The position numbers and the translations under genes were made by a program. From Propionibacterium ruminifibrarum (GTDB lineage Bacteria; Actinomycetota; Actinomycetes; Propionibacteriales; Propionibacteriaceae): a stretch of 13,097 bases of DNA. The stretch spans positions 1 to 13,097 of the forward strand of contig NZ_OMOH01000017.1 of the NCBI RefSeq assembly GCF_900289195.1. The letters run 5' to 3'. The first letter of the stretch is position 1; every line of letters begins with the position of its first letter. Under the pieces are notes generated by a model. It saw nothing but the letters and a program-made list of their open reading frames with translations. It was not told where the DNA came from and did not search any database. Positions 5,709-12,811 of this stretch are shown here, one piece after another.

Positions 5709-7331
5709 GTGCCGGCTGGCAGGATGGGTGCCGTGAACGGATCAGTACGTCTCTCGGAGCGCATCGGCGGCCCGGTGGGCAGGCATGCGCGCCCGTGGGG
5801 CATCTGGTTCGACCCGATGCCGTGGTCGATTCTCGTCGCCGGCCTGTCCTGGGTGGCCCTCATGCTGCGCCAGGTGCCCTGTCACCAGACCAGCTACGGC
5901 AACCCCGTCAACACCTACTCCCGCCTGTGCTACTCCGACATCCCGCTCGTCTACCAGGGTGACGGCATCGCCACGGGCGCCGGGCTCTACTCCGAGGCGG
6001 GCCTGCCCTACCCGCCGCTGGTCGGCCTCGTCATCGCGGCCTGCCGGGGGTTCACGGGCCTGCTCGGCGCCAACGTCAGTCCCTCGGCGACGGGCCAGGA
6101 GCAGCTCGACGCCTCCTACCTGTTCTTCGTCCTGACCGCCGTCGTCCTGTTCATCGCCTTCCTCGTGGTCGTCGTGGCTCAGGCCCGGCTCGGGGCCGGC
6201 TCGGCCAGCCAGGCCACGCAGGGCGTCCAGACCCGCAGCTTCGACGCGCTGCTCGTCGCGGCGGCCCCCGTCGTCATCGCCTCCGGCCTGATCAACTGGG
6301 ACATGCTGGCCGTCGCGCTCGTCATGCTCGGGGTCTTCGCCTGGGCCGGGCGACGGCCCCTGCTCGCCGGAGCCGCGCTGGGCGCGGCCTTCTCGGCGGC
6401 GTTCTTCCCCGTCCTCGTCCTCGTGGCCCTGGCACTGGTGTGCTGGCGCGGCGGGCGCATGCGCGCCTGGGCGGTGGGCCTCGGCGGGTTCGCCGGGGCC
6501 TGGGCGCTCCTCAACGCGCCGCTGCTCCTCACCGACCCCGGTGGCTGGTCGGTGTACTGGACCAGCGGCATCGAGCGCTCCGCCGACCTCGGCTCGCTGT
6601 GGTACGTCCTGGGGCTCATGGGCCTGCAGGTCCCGGCCGTCACCGTGATCAGCGCCGCCCTCACGGTGACTGGCCTCTTCCTCGTCGCCGCCCTCGTGGC
6701 AGGGGCACCGCGCCGCCCGCGCGTCGCGCAGGTGATCCTGCTCGTCCTCGTCGTCTTCACCGTCTGCTCCAAGGTCTACTCCCCGCAGTACGCCCTGTGG
6801 CTGCTGCCCTTCGTCGTCCTGGCACGGCCGAAGGTCCGCGACTGGGCCGAGTGGAACATCACCGAGCTGTGCTACTACTTCGCCGTCTGGGGTTTCCTCA
6901 ACGGCGTCCTGGGCCCGGGCACCGGGGCCGACGCCCTCTACTGGATCGCCACGTTCCTGCGCATCGGCGGTCAGTTGTGGCTGGCGTCCTCGGTGGTCCA
7001 CGACATCCTCAACCCCTGGGACGACCCGGCCCGTGTCGGTCATCTCGACGACCTCACCGGCGGCGTGCTCGATCACGCGGCCGACCCGGTGGCGATCGCC
7101 GTACCGGCCGGGGCCCGGGTCGGTGCCGGGTACGCGCCCGGCCAGGCCCCCGTGCCCGCGGGGACGCCCGGCCACCGGCTGCCCGGCGGGCTACCGGCCC
7201 ACGGACAGCCCGGCGGATACCCGTCGGGGGCCGCGCCACAGGGCAGCGCCATACCGGGGGCCGTTCCTCAAGAGGGCGGTGCCGCCCCGGAACAGGCCCG
7301 GCCCCCATGGCCCGGCGAGGGGCCCCGGTGA
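5709..7331 (+). CDS. Polytopic membrane protein, GT87/DUF2029-like glycosyltransferase (Rv0051-like), with a Pro/Gly-rich C-terminal tail
   Basis: Long ORF with many hydrophobic helices (for example LFFVLTAVVLFIAFLVVVVA, VVIASGLINWDMLAVALVMLGVFAW, FFPVLVLVALALV). It follows a class A PBP, as I recall for Rv0050-Rv0051. The start is uncertain among GTG 5709, ATG 5724 and ATG 5817. Confidence 0.8.
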   Translation: MPAGRMGAVNGSVRLSERIGGPVGRHARPWGIWFDPMPWSILVAGLSWVALMLRQVPCHQTSYGNPVNTYSRLCYSDIPLVYQGDGIATGAGLYSEAGLPYPPLVGLVIAACRGFTGLLGANVSPSATGQEQLDASYLFFVLTAVVLFIAFLVVVVAQARLGAGSASQATQGVQTRSFDALLVAAAPVVIASGLINWDMLAVALVMLGVFAWAGRRPLLAGAALGAAFSAAFFPVLVLVALALVCWRGGRMRAWAVGLGGFAGAWALLNAPLLLTDPGGWSVYWTSGIERSADLGSLWYVLGLMGLQVPAVTVISAALTVTGLFLVAALVAGAPRRPRVAQVILLVLVVFTVCSKVYSPQYALWLLPFVVLARPKVRDWAEWNITELCYYFAVWGFLNGVLGPGTGADALYWIATFLRIGGQLWLASSVVHDILNPWDDPARVGHLDDLTGGVLDHAADPVAIAVPAGARVGAGYAPGQAPVPAGTPGHRLPGGLPAHGQPGGYPSGAAPQGSAIPGAVPQEGGAAPEQARPPWPGEGPR

Positions 7332-8458
7332 GCCGGCGCTCCGGCAGCACCCGCACCATCGTCATGGTGTGGGCGTGCACCCGTGCCCTGCTCGCCGCGG
7401 TGCTGCTGCACACCGTCAGCACCAATGACACGACGATCGGCCGGGCGCTGGGCAACTGGGACGTCCAGCACTACCTCGCCATCGCCACCAGCGGCTACGC
7501 AGACCGCACGGACATGGCCTTCTTCCCCGGCATCCCACTGGTCATGCACGTGGCCACGCTGCTCGGCCTGCCCGCCGTCGAGACGATCGCCGCGGTCAGC
7601 GCACTGGCCTCGCTGGCCGCCGCCCTCGCCATGGGCCGCCTGGGCGGGCAGTGGGCCGCGGTCGCGTGGCTGCTCGCGCCGATGGCCGTTTTCACCGTCG
7701 TCGGCTACACCGAGGCTCTCTTCTGCGCCTTCGGCCTGTGGGCCTGGGTGCTCGCCCGCCGGGGCCACTGGTGGGGGGCCGCCCTGCTCGCCGCACTCGC
7801 CTGCACCACCCGCATCTCGGGCGTCTTCCTCGTCGCCGGACTCGTCCTGCTGGCACTGGCCGGGGGCGAACCCACCGTCGAGGGAGCCGTGGACTGCAAG
7901 CGCACCACCTCGCCGCCGGCCCGTATCCGGCACGCCGTCATCGCCGCGCTGCCGCTGCTCGTCGTCGTCGCCTTCTTCGCCCACCTGCACGGCATCACCG
8001 GCAGCTGGGACGCCTGGTTCAGCGCCCAGCGCGCGGGCTGGGACCGCAGCTGGACGACGCCTTGGCAGAGCCTGCAGAACACCCTGTTCGCCACCGACCC
8101 GGCATCCTGGCCGGACGAGCCGACCCGCGCCTGGATCTTCCGGTTCGAGATCGTCTCGGCCGCAGCCGGTCTGGTCACGGTGATCGTGGCCCTCGCCCGC
8201 AGGGCGTGGGCGCAGGCCGGCTACGTGCTCACCCAGCTCCTCGCCCTGACCACCGCCACCTGGTTCCTGTCGGTCAACCGCGGCGACCTGCTGTGGTTCC
8301 CGATGTTCATCGGCATCGGGTGGCTCATCGCCCGCCGGCCCGCATCGAGGGGAGCCGACCTGGTGCGCGCCATCGTCTGGCTGCTCGTCACCTTGGCCGA
8401 TCTGGTGCTCATGGCCTGGTGGGCGAGATTGTTCTTCCTGGGGCACTGGGCCAGTTAG
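7307..8458 (+). CDS. Polytopic membrane mannosyltransferase-like protein (PIG-V / GT-C-like)
   Basis: The N-terminal motif GNWDVQHYLAIATSGYADRTDMAFFPGIPL resembles the PIG-V-type mannosyltransferase signature (WD..HY..IA..GY...AFFP). Many TM helices follow. Candidate starts are ATG 7307, GTG 7328 (a GTGA overlap with the upstream stop at 7329-7331) and ATG 7364. The ORF-track extension back to 6440 is an out-of-frame overlap with the previous gene. Confidence 0.8.
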   Translation: MARRGAPVSRRSGSTRTIVMVWACTRALLAAVLLHTVSTNDTTIGRALGNWDVQHYLAIATSGYADRTDMAFFPGIPLVMHVATLLGLPAVETIAAVSALASLAAALAMGRLGGQWAAVAWLLAPMAVFTVVGYTEALFCAFGLWAWVLARRGHWWGAALLAALACTTRISGVFLVAGLVLLALAGGEPTVEGAVDCKRTTSPPARIRHAVIAALPLLVVVAFFAHLHGITGSWDAWFSAQRAGWDRSWTTPWQSLQNTLFATDPASWPDEPTRAWIFRFEIVSAAAGLVTVIVALARRAWAQAGYVLTQLLALTTATWFLSVNRGDLLWFPMFIGIGWLIARRPASRGADLVRAIVWLLVTLADLVLMAWWARLFFLGHWAS

Positions 8459-8534
8459 GACCGTCCGGCGCCCCGCTGGCCGTAGAGTGGGGCCACGAGG
8501 CGGCGCAGCGCGCCCGCCGGGAAAGGAGTCAACG

Positions 8535-9785
8535 ATGACCGGCTGGAGCGACGACACGATCTGGTGGGCCGTCTACCCGCTCGGCTTCCTCGGCGCGTCC
8601 ACCCGTCCGGCCGACGGGAACCGGCCCCTGGAACACCGACTGCCCGCGCTCGAGGGCTGGCTCGACTACCTGCTGTCGATCGGCTGCAACGGCTTGGCCC
8701 TCGGCCCGATCTTCGAGTCCGTCTCGCACGGCTACGACACCCTCGACTACTTCCGCATCGACCCCCGCCTGGGCGACGAGGACGACCTCGCCCACCTCGT
8801 CCGGGCCTGCCACGACCGCGGCATCCGCGTGGCCCTGGACGGCGTCTTCAACCACGTCAGCGCCGCCTACCCGGACCTGCTCGCCGCCCTGGCCGGCGGC
8901 CCGGGGGCGCCGACCGCCGACATGTTCCACATCGACTGGTCAACGAACCCGCCCACCCGACTCAACTTCGAGGGCAGCGACGACCTCGTCCGCCTCAACC
9001 ACGAGTCCGGCGCCGTGCGCGAGCTGGTCACCCGCGTCATGAACCACTGGCTCGACCTCGGCGTCGACGCCTGGCGTCTCGACGCCGCCTACGCCGTGCC
9101 GCCCGCCTTCTGGGCGCCCGTCCTCGCCGACGTCCGTGCCGCCCACCCGCAGGCCTTCGTCTGGGGCGAGGTCATCCACGGCGACTACGCCCGGATCGTC
9201 GCCGACTCCACCATGGACTCGCTCACCGAGTACGAGCTGTGGAAGGCGACGTGGAGCAGTCTCGCCGACGAGAACTTCTACGAGCTCGACTGGACGCTGA
9301 CGCGGCACAACGAATTCTGCGAGAGTTTCACCCCGCTCACCTTCCTCGGCAACCACGACACCACGCGCATCGCGAGCCGGGTGGGCGGGGCGAAGGCGAT
9401 CCTGGCCGCCACGGTGCTCTTCACCGTCGCCGGGACCCCCAGCATCTACTACGGCGACGAGCAGGGCTTCCACGGCGTCAAGTACGACCGCGCCTGGGGT
9501 GACGACGAGGTACGCCCGGTGATGCCCGCCCGCCCCGACGAGCTCTCCGAACTCGGCGCTGACGTGCTGCGGTACTACCAGCAGCTCGTCTCGATCCGGC
9601 GCCGCAACCCGTGGCTGGTGCGCGCCCGCACCACCGTCACGCAGCTGGCCAACGATCGCATCGACTACGAGGCCTGGGACCCCGATGAGCGGACCCGCCG
9701 GTTGCATGTCGCGCTGGGAGTGGGGGAGTCCGTCACGGCGCGCATCGCCGACAGCGGCGGGGAACTCTTCGCGTTCGAGGGCTGA
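8535..9785 (+). CDS. GH13 alpha-amylase-family glycoside hydrolase (cytoplasmic, 416 aa)
   Basis: ATG 8535 is preceded by AAGGAG (8523-8528) with a 6-nt spacer. The four GH13 conserved regions are present: DGVFNH, DAWRLDAAY, WGEVIHGDY and FLGNHDTTR. No signal peptide is apparent. Confidence 0.92.
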   Translation: MTGWSDDTIWWAVYPLGFLGASTRPADGNRPLEHRLPALEGWLDYLLSIGCNGLALGPIFESVSHGYDTLDYFRIDPRLGDEDDLAHLVRACHDRGIRVALDGVFNHVSAAYPDLLAALAGGPGAPTADMFHIDWSTNPPTRLNFEGSDDLVRLNHESGAVRELVTRVMNHWLDLGVDAWRLDAAYAVPPAFWAPVLADVRAAHPQAFVWGEVIHGDYARIVADSTMDSLTEYELWKATWSSLADENFYELDWTLTRHNEFCESFTPLTFLGNHDTTRIASRVGGAKAILAATVLFTVAGTPSIYYGDEQGFHGVKYDRAWGDDEVRPVMPARPDELSELGADVLRYYQQLVSIRRRNPWLVRARTTVTQLANDRIDYEAWDPDERTRRLHVALGVGESVTARIADSGGELFAFEG

Positions 9786-9821
9786 ACCAGGCCGACGAAC
9801 CCCTACCGGACGGGGGTGAGA

Positions 9822-9859
9822 GTGGTGCGCGGACAGCGACGTTGATGCCCGCGCACCAC
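9822..9859. terminator. GC-rich hairpin: 11-bp stem (GTGGTGCGCGG / CCGCGCACCAC) with a 16-nt loop
   Basis: The arms are perfect reverse complements, at 9822-9832 and 9849-9859. The hairpin lies in the convergent intergenic region between the GH13 gene and the CBM48 gene. There is no clear U-tract. Confidence 0.45.
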
Positions 9860-9868
9860 GTGTGGTGT

Positions 9869-9895
9869 GGGCCCGGCCGGTCACCGCCCGGGCCC
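9869..9895. terminator. Second GC-rich hairpin: 8-bp stem (GGGCCCGG / CCGGGCCC) with an 11-nt loop
   Basis: The arms lie at 9869-9876 and 9888-9895, 10 nt from the stop of the minus-strand CBM48 gene. Confidence 0.4.
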
Positions 9896-9904
9896 GTCGC
9901 CCGG

Positions 9905-10183
9905 TCAGACGGACAGGAAACCACCCTGCTCGGTGACCTCCTGGGCGTCGATGTCGTCGAACCATTCGCCGTTGGCGCCGAGGTACCGGAAATGAATGAG
10001 CGTGCCGGCCGGCACGGTGATCATCGTCGAGGCGCTGCCGTCGGGTCGTACCCGCAGCGGGTTGCGCAGGGGCTGCCAGTCGTTGAAGGAGCCGACGACG
10101 CTCACCGGCATCGCCGGGTGATCGGCTGGCAGGGTGAACGTGATGGCGACAAGATTCTCCGACACCGTTTCCTTGCGGATCAT
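9905..10183 (-). CDS. Stand-alone CBM48 / isoamylase-N 'early set' glycogen-binding domain protein (92 aa)
   Basis: ATG 10183 is preceded by GGAGG (10190-10194) with a 6-nt spacer; the ORF-track TTG at 10189 is too close to that SD. The sequence VAITFTLPA...VSVVGSFNDWQP...L...DGS....ITVPAG..IHFRYLGANGEWFDD is typical of CBM48/AMPK-beta-like domains. Confidence 0.88.
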   Translation of the reverse strand: MIRKETVSENLVAITFTLPADHPAMPVSVVGSFNDWQPLRNPLRVRPDGSASTMITVPAGTLIHFRYLGANGEWFDDIDAQEVTEQGGFLSV

Positions 10184-10316
10184 GACCAACCTCCGCGGTG
10201 CGAACCCCGGCTCTGGACAGGACTGTGCGGTCCGGACGAGAACGGGGCTGAAGTGATCCGGCAGACCCTCTTGAATCCAAGATTAGAGATGTTCTGCTCA
10301 TTAAGCGAGGCGTCTC

Positions 10317-10366
10317 ATCAAAAGAAACAACCCTCCGCACAGGAAGCCCACAGGCAGGCCGCGGAG
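10317..10366 (-). terminator. Possible intrinsic terminator after tag
   Basis: On the minus strand, CTCCGC (10361-10366) and GCGGAG (10333-10338) form a 6-bp stem with a long 22-nt loop. GGTTGTTTCTTTT follows. The structure sits immediately after the TGA stop at 10367-10369. Confidence 0.3.
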
Positions 10367-10978
10367 TCAGCAGAAGGCGGCGTCGCCGGGCTCGCCGGGG
10401 GCCTCGATCAGGCCGTCGGCGCCCTCGAGCCGGTCATCCACCATGCCGATCGCCTGCATCATCGCGTACATGGTCGTCGGCCCGACGAAGACGAAGCCCT
10501 CGGCGCGCAGCGCCCTGGCCAGCGCCTCGGACTGCGGGCTGCGAGTCGGGATCTCGGCCATGCTCGCAGGACGCGGCCCCGCCGGTGGGAGGAACGACCA
10601 GACGAGCCGGGGCAGACCGCCGCGGTCGCGCAGCGCCCTGGTCGCGCGGGCGTTCGTGACGGCCGCCTCGATCTTGCGCCGGTTCCGCACGATCGACGCG
10701 TCGGTGAGCAGCCGCTCGACGTCCGCCGGCCCGAAGCGGGCGACCCGGTCGACGTCGAAGCCGGCGAACGCCCGGCGGAAGGCAGGGCGCTTGCGCAGGA
10801 TCGTCGCCCAGCTCAGGCCCGACTGGAAGGCCTCCAGGCACAGGCGCTCGTACAGGCCGCGCTCGTCGGTGACGGGGGCGCCCCACTCGTGGTCGTAGTA
10901 GTCGCGCAGCAAGGGGTCATGGGCGGCCCAGACGGGGCGGACGCGCCCGTCCTCGCCCACGATCAGTTCGGCGCTCAT
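10367..10978 (-). CDS. tag: DNA-3-methyladenine glycosylase I
   Basis: ATG 10978 (MSAELIVGEDG...) is preceded by GGAGAGG (10984-10990). It forms an ATGA overlap with the ogt stop. The motifs YYDHEWGAPV, LCLEAFQSGLSWATILRKRPAFRRAF, IVRNRRKIEA, NARA and FVGPTTMYAMMQAIGMV are collinear with E. coli Tag. The longer ORF-track version to 11482 overlaps ogt out of frame. Confidence 0.92.
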   Translation of the reverse strand: MSAELIVGEDGRVRPVWAAHDPLLRDYYDHEWGAPVTDERGLYERLCLEAFQSGLSWATILRKRPAFRRAFAGFDVDRVARFGPADVERLLTDASIVRNRRKIEAAVTNARATRALRDRGGLPRLVWSFLPPAGPRPASMAEIPTRSPQSEALARALRAEGFVFVGPTTMYAMMQAIGMVDDRLEGADGLIEAPGEPGDAAFC

Positions 10979-11523
10979 GGGCGCCTCTCCAGATCGAGCA
11001 GGTACCTCTTCATCGCGGCGCCGCCCCGGTAGCCGCCCACACCCCCGCCGGCGGGCAGCACACGGTGGCAGGGCACGATGATCGGCACCGGGTTGTGCGC
11101 GCACGCGCCCCCGACGGCCCGGGCGGCACCCGCAGGGGCGCCGGCCATGTCGGCCAGGCGGGCGTAGCTGACGGTCTGGCCGTAGCCGACGGTGAGAAGA
11201 GCGCGCTGCACCCGTTCCCGGAACGGGGTCGACAGCCGCAGGTCGACCGGTACGTCGAAGGTCATGCGCGTCCCGGCGAAGTATGCGCGCAGTTCGTCGG
11301 CCGCCGCGAGGACGTGCTGCCCCGACCGCTCGGGCGCCGACCCGCAGGCCCTCGCCAGGGCGGCCAGCACCTCGTCGTGGTCCTCGGCGGGCAGGCCGAC
11401 GCGCAGCACTCCCCGCTCGGTGACGGCGACGAGGAGCGGTCCCAGCGGCGACTCGACCGTGTCCCAGCGCACCGGACCCCACTCCGCAGGGCCGGTTCGG
11501 GCCCGGCCGGGCCCGGGGTTCAT
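10975..11523 (-). CDS. ogt: Methylated-DNA--protein-cysteine S-methyltransferase
   Basis: ATG 11523 is preceded by GAGGAG (11530-11535) with a 6-nt spacer. It forms an ATGA overlap with the upstream ATPase stop. The active-site motif IIVPCHRVL is present, along with the upstream YGQTVSYARLA helix and an N-terminal Ada/Ogt-like domain. Confidence 0.92.
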   Translation of the reverse strand: MNPGPGRARTGPAEWGPVRWDTVESPLGPLLVAVTERGVLRVGLPAEDHDEVLAALARACGSAPERSGQHVLAAADELRAYFAGTRMTFDVPVDLRLSTPFRERVQRALLTVGYGQTVSYARLADMAGAPAGAARAVGGACAHNPVPIIVPCHRVLPAGGGVGGYRGGAAMKRYLLDLERRP

Positions 11524-12692
11524 GGTTGGCTCCTCAGGTAGCGGCCGAAGTGCGGCACGGTGAACGCGATCTTGCCGCGCTCGCTCGAGTAGATGAGCCC
11601 CTTCTTCATGAGGGCGTCCCGCGCCGGTGACAGGGACTGCGGTTTGCGGCCCAGCGAGGCCGCCACCTCGGAGCTGGAGACCTCGGCGTCGTCGATGCCG
11701 AGGTCGGCCATCGCCCGCAGGTAGTCGCGCTCGGCGGGGGTCGCCCGCTCGAAGCGGCTGCCGAAGAAGCCGACCGCCAGCTCGCTCTCGGCCTCCGGGG
11801 TGCCCATGCGTACGTCGTCGGCGGTGATCGGGCTGGCCGCCGCGACGTCCCAGACGGCCTTCCCGTAGGCCTGGATGAAGTACGGGTATCCGCCGGTCGC
11901 CTCGTACATGGCGTCCAGGGCGTCGGCGCCCCAGTCCGCGTCCTCGTCCTGGGCCGGTACCCGAAGGGCCTTGTCTGCCTCGTCCCGGTCGAGACGGTCG
12001 ATGTTCTGGTAGCTGAACAGCCGCTCCGAGTAGCTCTTGGACGCCGACAGCAGCGCCGGAAGGTGCGGCAGGCCGGCGCCGATGACGATGAGCGGGAGTC
12101 GCTGCTGGCTGATCTCGTGGCAGGCCGCGCACAGCGCCGAGACGTCCCCGGGCCCCAGGTCCTGCATCTCGTCGATGAAGACGCCGACGCCCACCCCCAT
12201 GTCGGACGCCAGCCCGCCGAGGTCGGTGAACAGCTCGACGAGGTCGATCTCGATGTCGCCGGAGTCGGCGCGGCCCTTCGTCGCGGGGACGCGGATGCCG
12301 GGGTTCCACCGTTCGGCGAGCTTGGCGCCCGGCTTGGCGTCACGTTCGATGAAGGCGCGGATCTCGCCGAGCAGCTGGTCGGTGTCGGGATGGCCCAGCT
12401 CGCGGACGGCCATGTGCAGGGCGGCGCCGAGGGGGCGGCGCAGCGTCTGGTCGGGCCGGGCCTCGAGCTTGCCCGTGCCCCAGCGGGCGCGGACCGCCTG
12501 GCCCCGCAGCGCGTTGAGCAGAACCGTCTTGCCGACGCCGCGCAGGCCGGTGAGGATCAGTGAGCGCTCGGGGCGGTTGCGGGCCACCCGCTCCAGCACC
12601 ACGTCGAAGTGGGCGAGCTGCTCGCCGCGTCCGGCGAGTTCGGGAGGGCGCTGGCCGGCGCCGGGCGCGTACGGGTTGCGGATGGGGTCCAT
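11520..12692 (-). CDS. AAA/STAND-like ATPase (Arch_ATPase / ORC-Cdc6-like) with a C-terminal winged-helix domain
   Basis: 390-aa ORF. The N-terminus NPYAPGAGQRPPELAGRGEQL is the typical pre-P-loop segment of this family. Walker A is GLRGVGKT (nt 12525-12548) and Walker B is VGVFIDEMQ. The C-terminal segment ERDYLRAMADLG...SSEVAASLGRKPQSLSPARDALMKKGLIYSSERGKIAFTVP looks like a MarR-type wHTH. Confidence 0.88.
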   Translation of the reverse strand: MDPIRNPYAPGAGQRPPELAGRGEQLAHFDVVLERVARNRPERSLILTGLRGVGKTVLLNALRGQAVRARWGTGKLEARPDQTLRRPLGAALHMAVRELGHPDTDQLLGEIRAFIERDAKPGAKLAERWNPGIRVPATKGRADSGDIEIDLVELFTDLGGLASDMGVGVGVFIDEMQDLGPGDVSALCAACHEISQQRLPLIVIGAGLPHLPALLSASKSYSERLFSYQNIDRLDRDEADKALRVPAQDEDADWGADALDAMYEATGGYPYFIQAYGKAVWDVAAASPITADDVRMGTPEAESELAVGFFGSRFERATPAERDYLRAMADLGIDDAEVSSSEVAASLGRKPQSLSPARDALMKKGLIYSSERGKIAFTVPHFGRYLRSQP

Positions 12693-12698
12693 GGGACC

Positions 12699-12704
12699 AC
12701 ACTA
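12699..12704 (-). promoter_or_regulatory. Candidate -10 (TAGTGT) positioned for a leaderless ATPase-ogt-tag transcript
   Basis: The minus-strand TAGTGT (TANNNT) ends 6 nt before ATG 12692, and no Shine-Dalgarno lies between them. This spacing is typical of actinobacterial leaderless mRNAs. Confidence 0.4.
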
Positions 12705-12712
12705 TGACAGTG

Positions 12713-12730
12713 TCTAGGAGAAAGCCTAGA
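12713..12730. repeat. Palindrome TCTAGG-agaaag-CCTAGA over the -35 region of the ATPase operon
   Basis: The 6-bp arms are exact reverse complements. A third CCTAGG occurs at 12791-12796. CTAG is otherwise scarce in the high-GC part of the window. Confidence 0.45.
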
Positions 12731-12811
12731 TGCACGCCATCGACGTGTCGGTGCGGCCCGTTCCACGGGAGATCGGAGAGGACATCTGAGCCTAGGACTC
12801 GGGTCTGGGTT

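Noticed and set aside
5742-7175. 477-aa minus-strand ORF antisense to the GT87-like gene, plus further plus- and minus-strand ORFs within 5785-7455
   Set aside because: The products are Arg/Gly/Asp/Glu/Pro-rich with no hydrophobic core or motifs. They lie opposite or out of frame to a coherent polytopic membrane protein, so they are high-GC artefacts.
6440-7306. N-terminal 289-aa extension of the 672-aa ORF (6440..8458) overlapping the GT87-like gene
   Set aside because: The extension is Arg/Pro/Gly-rich wrong-frame text that fully overlaps the previous gene. Sensible starts (7307, 7328, 7364) lie at the junction, just before the first TM helix.
7268-8557. 429-aa minus-strand ORF and the plus-strand ORFs at 7383..8183 and 7651..8538
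   Set aside because: These are shadow frames of the PIG-V-like membrane protein. Their composition is not protein-like (Arg/Pro/Gly/Ala runs).
8940-10340. 466-aa minus-strand ORF, the 312-aa plus-strand ORF 8564..9502, and the 396-aa plus-strand ORF 9842..11032
   Set aside because: They run antisense to or out of frame with the GH13, CBM48 and tag genes, which have clear family motifs and SD sequences. They have no motifs of their own.
10979-12343. Long N-terminal extensions of the tag (to 11482) and ogt (to 12309) ORFs, and the 245-aa ORF 11606..12343
   Set aside because: The extensions overlap the upstream genes out of frame and read as Arg/Pro-rich text. Internal ATGs with SD sequences and ATGA overlaps give proteins of canonical length.
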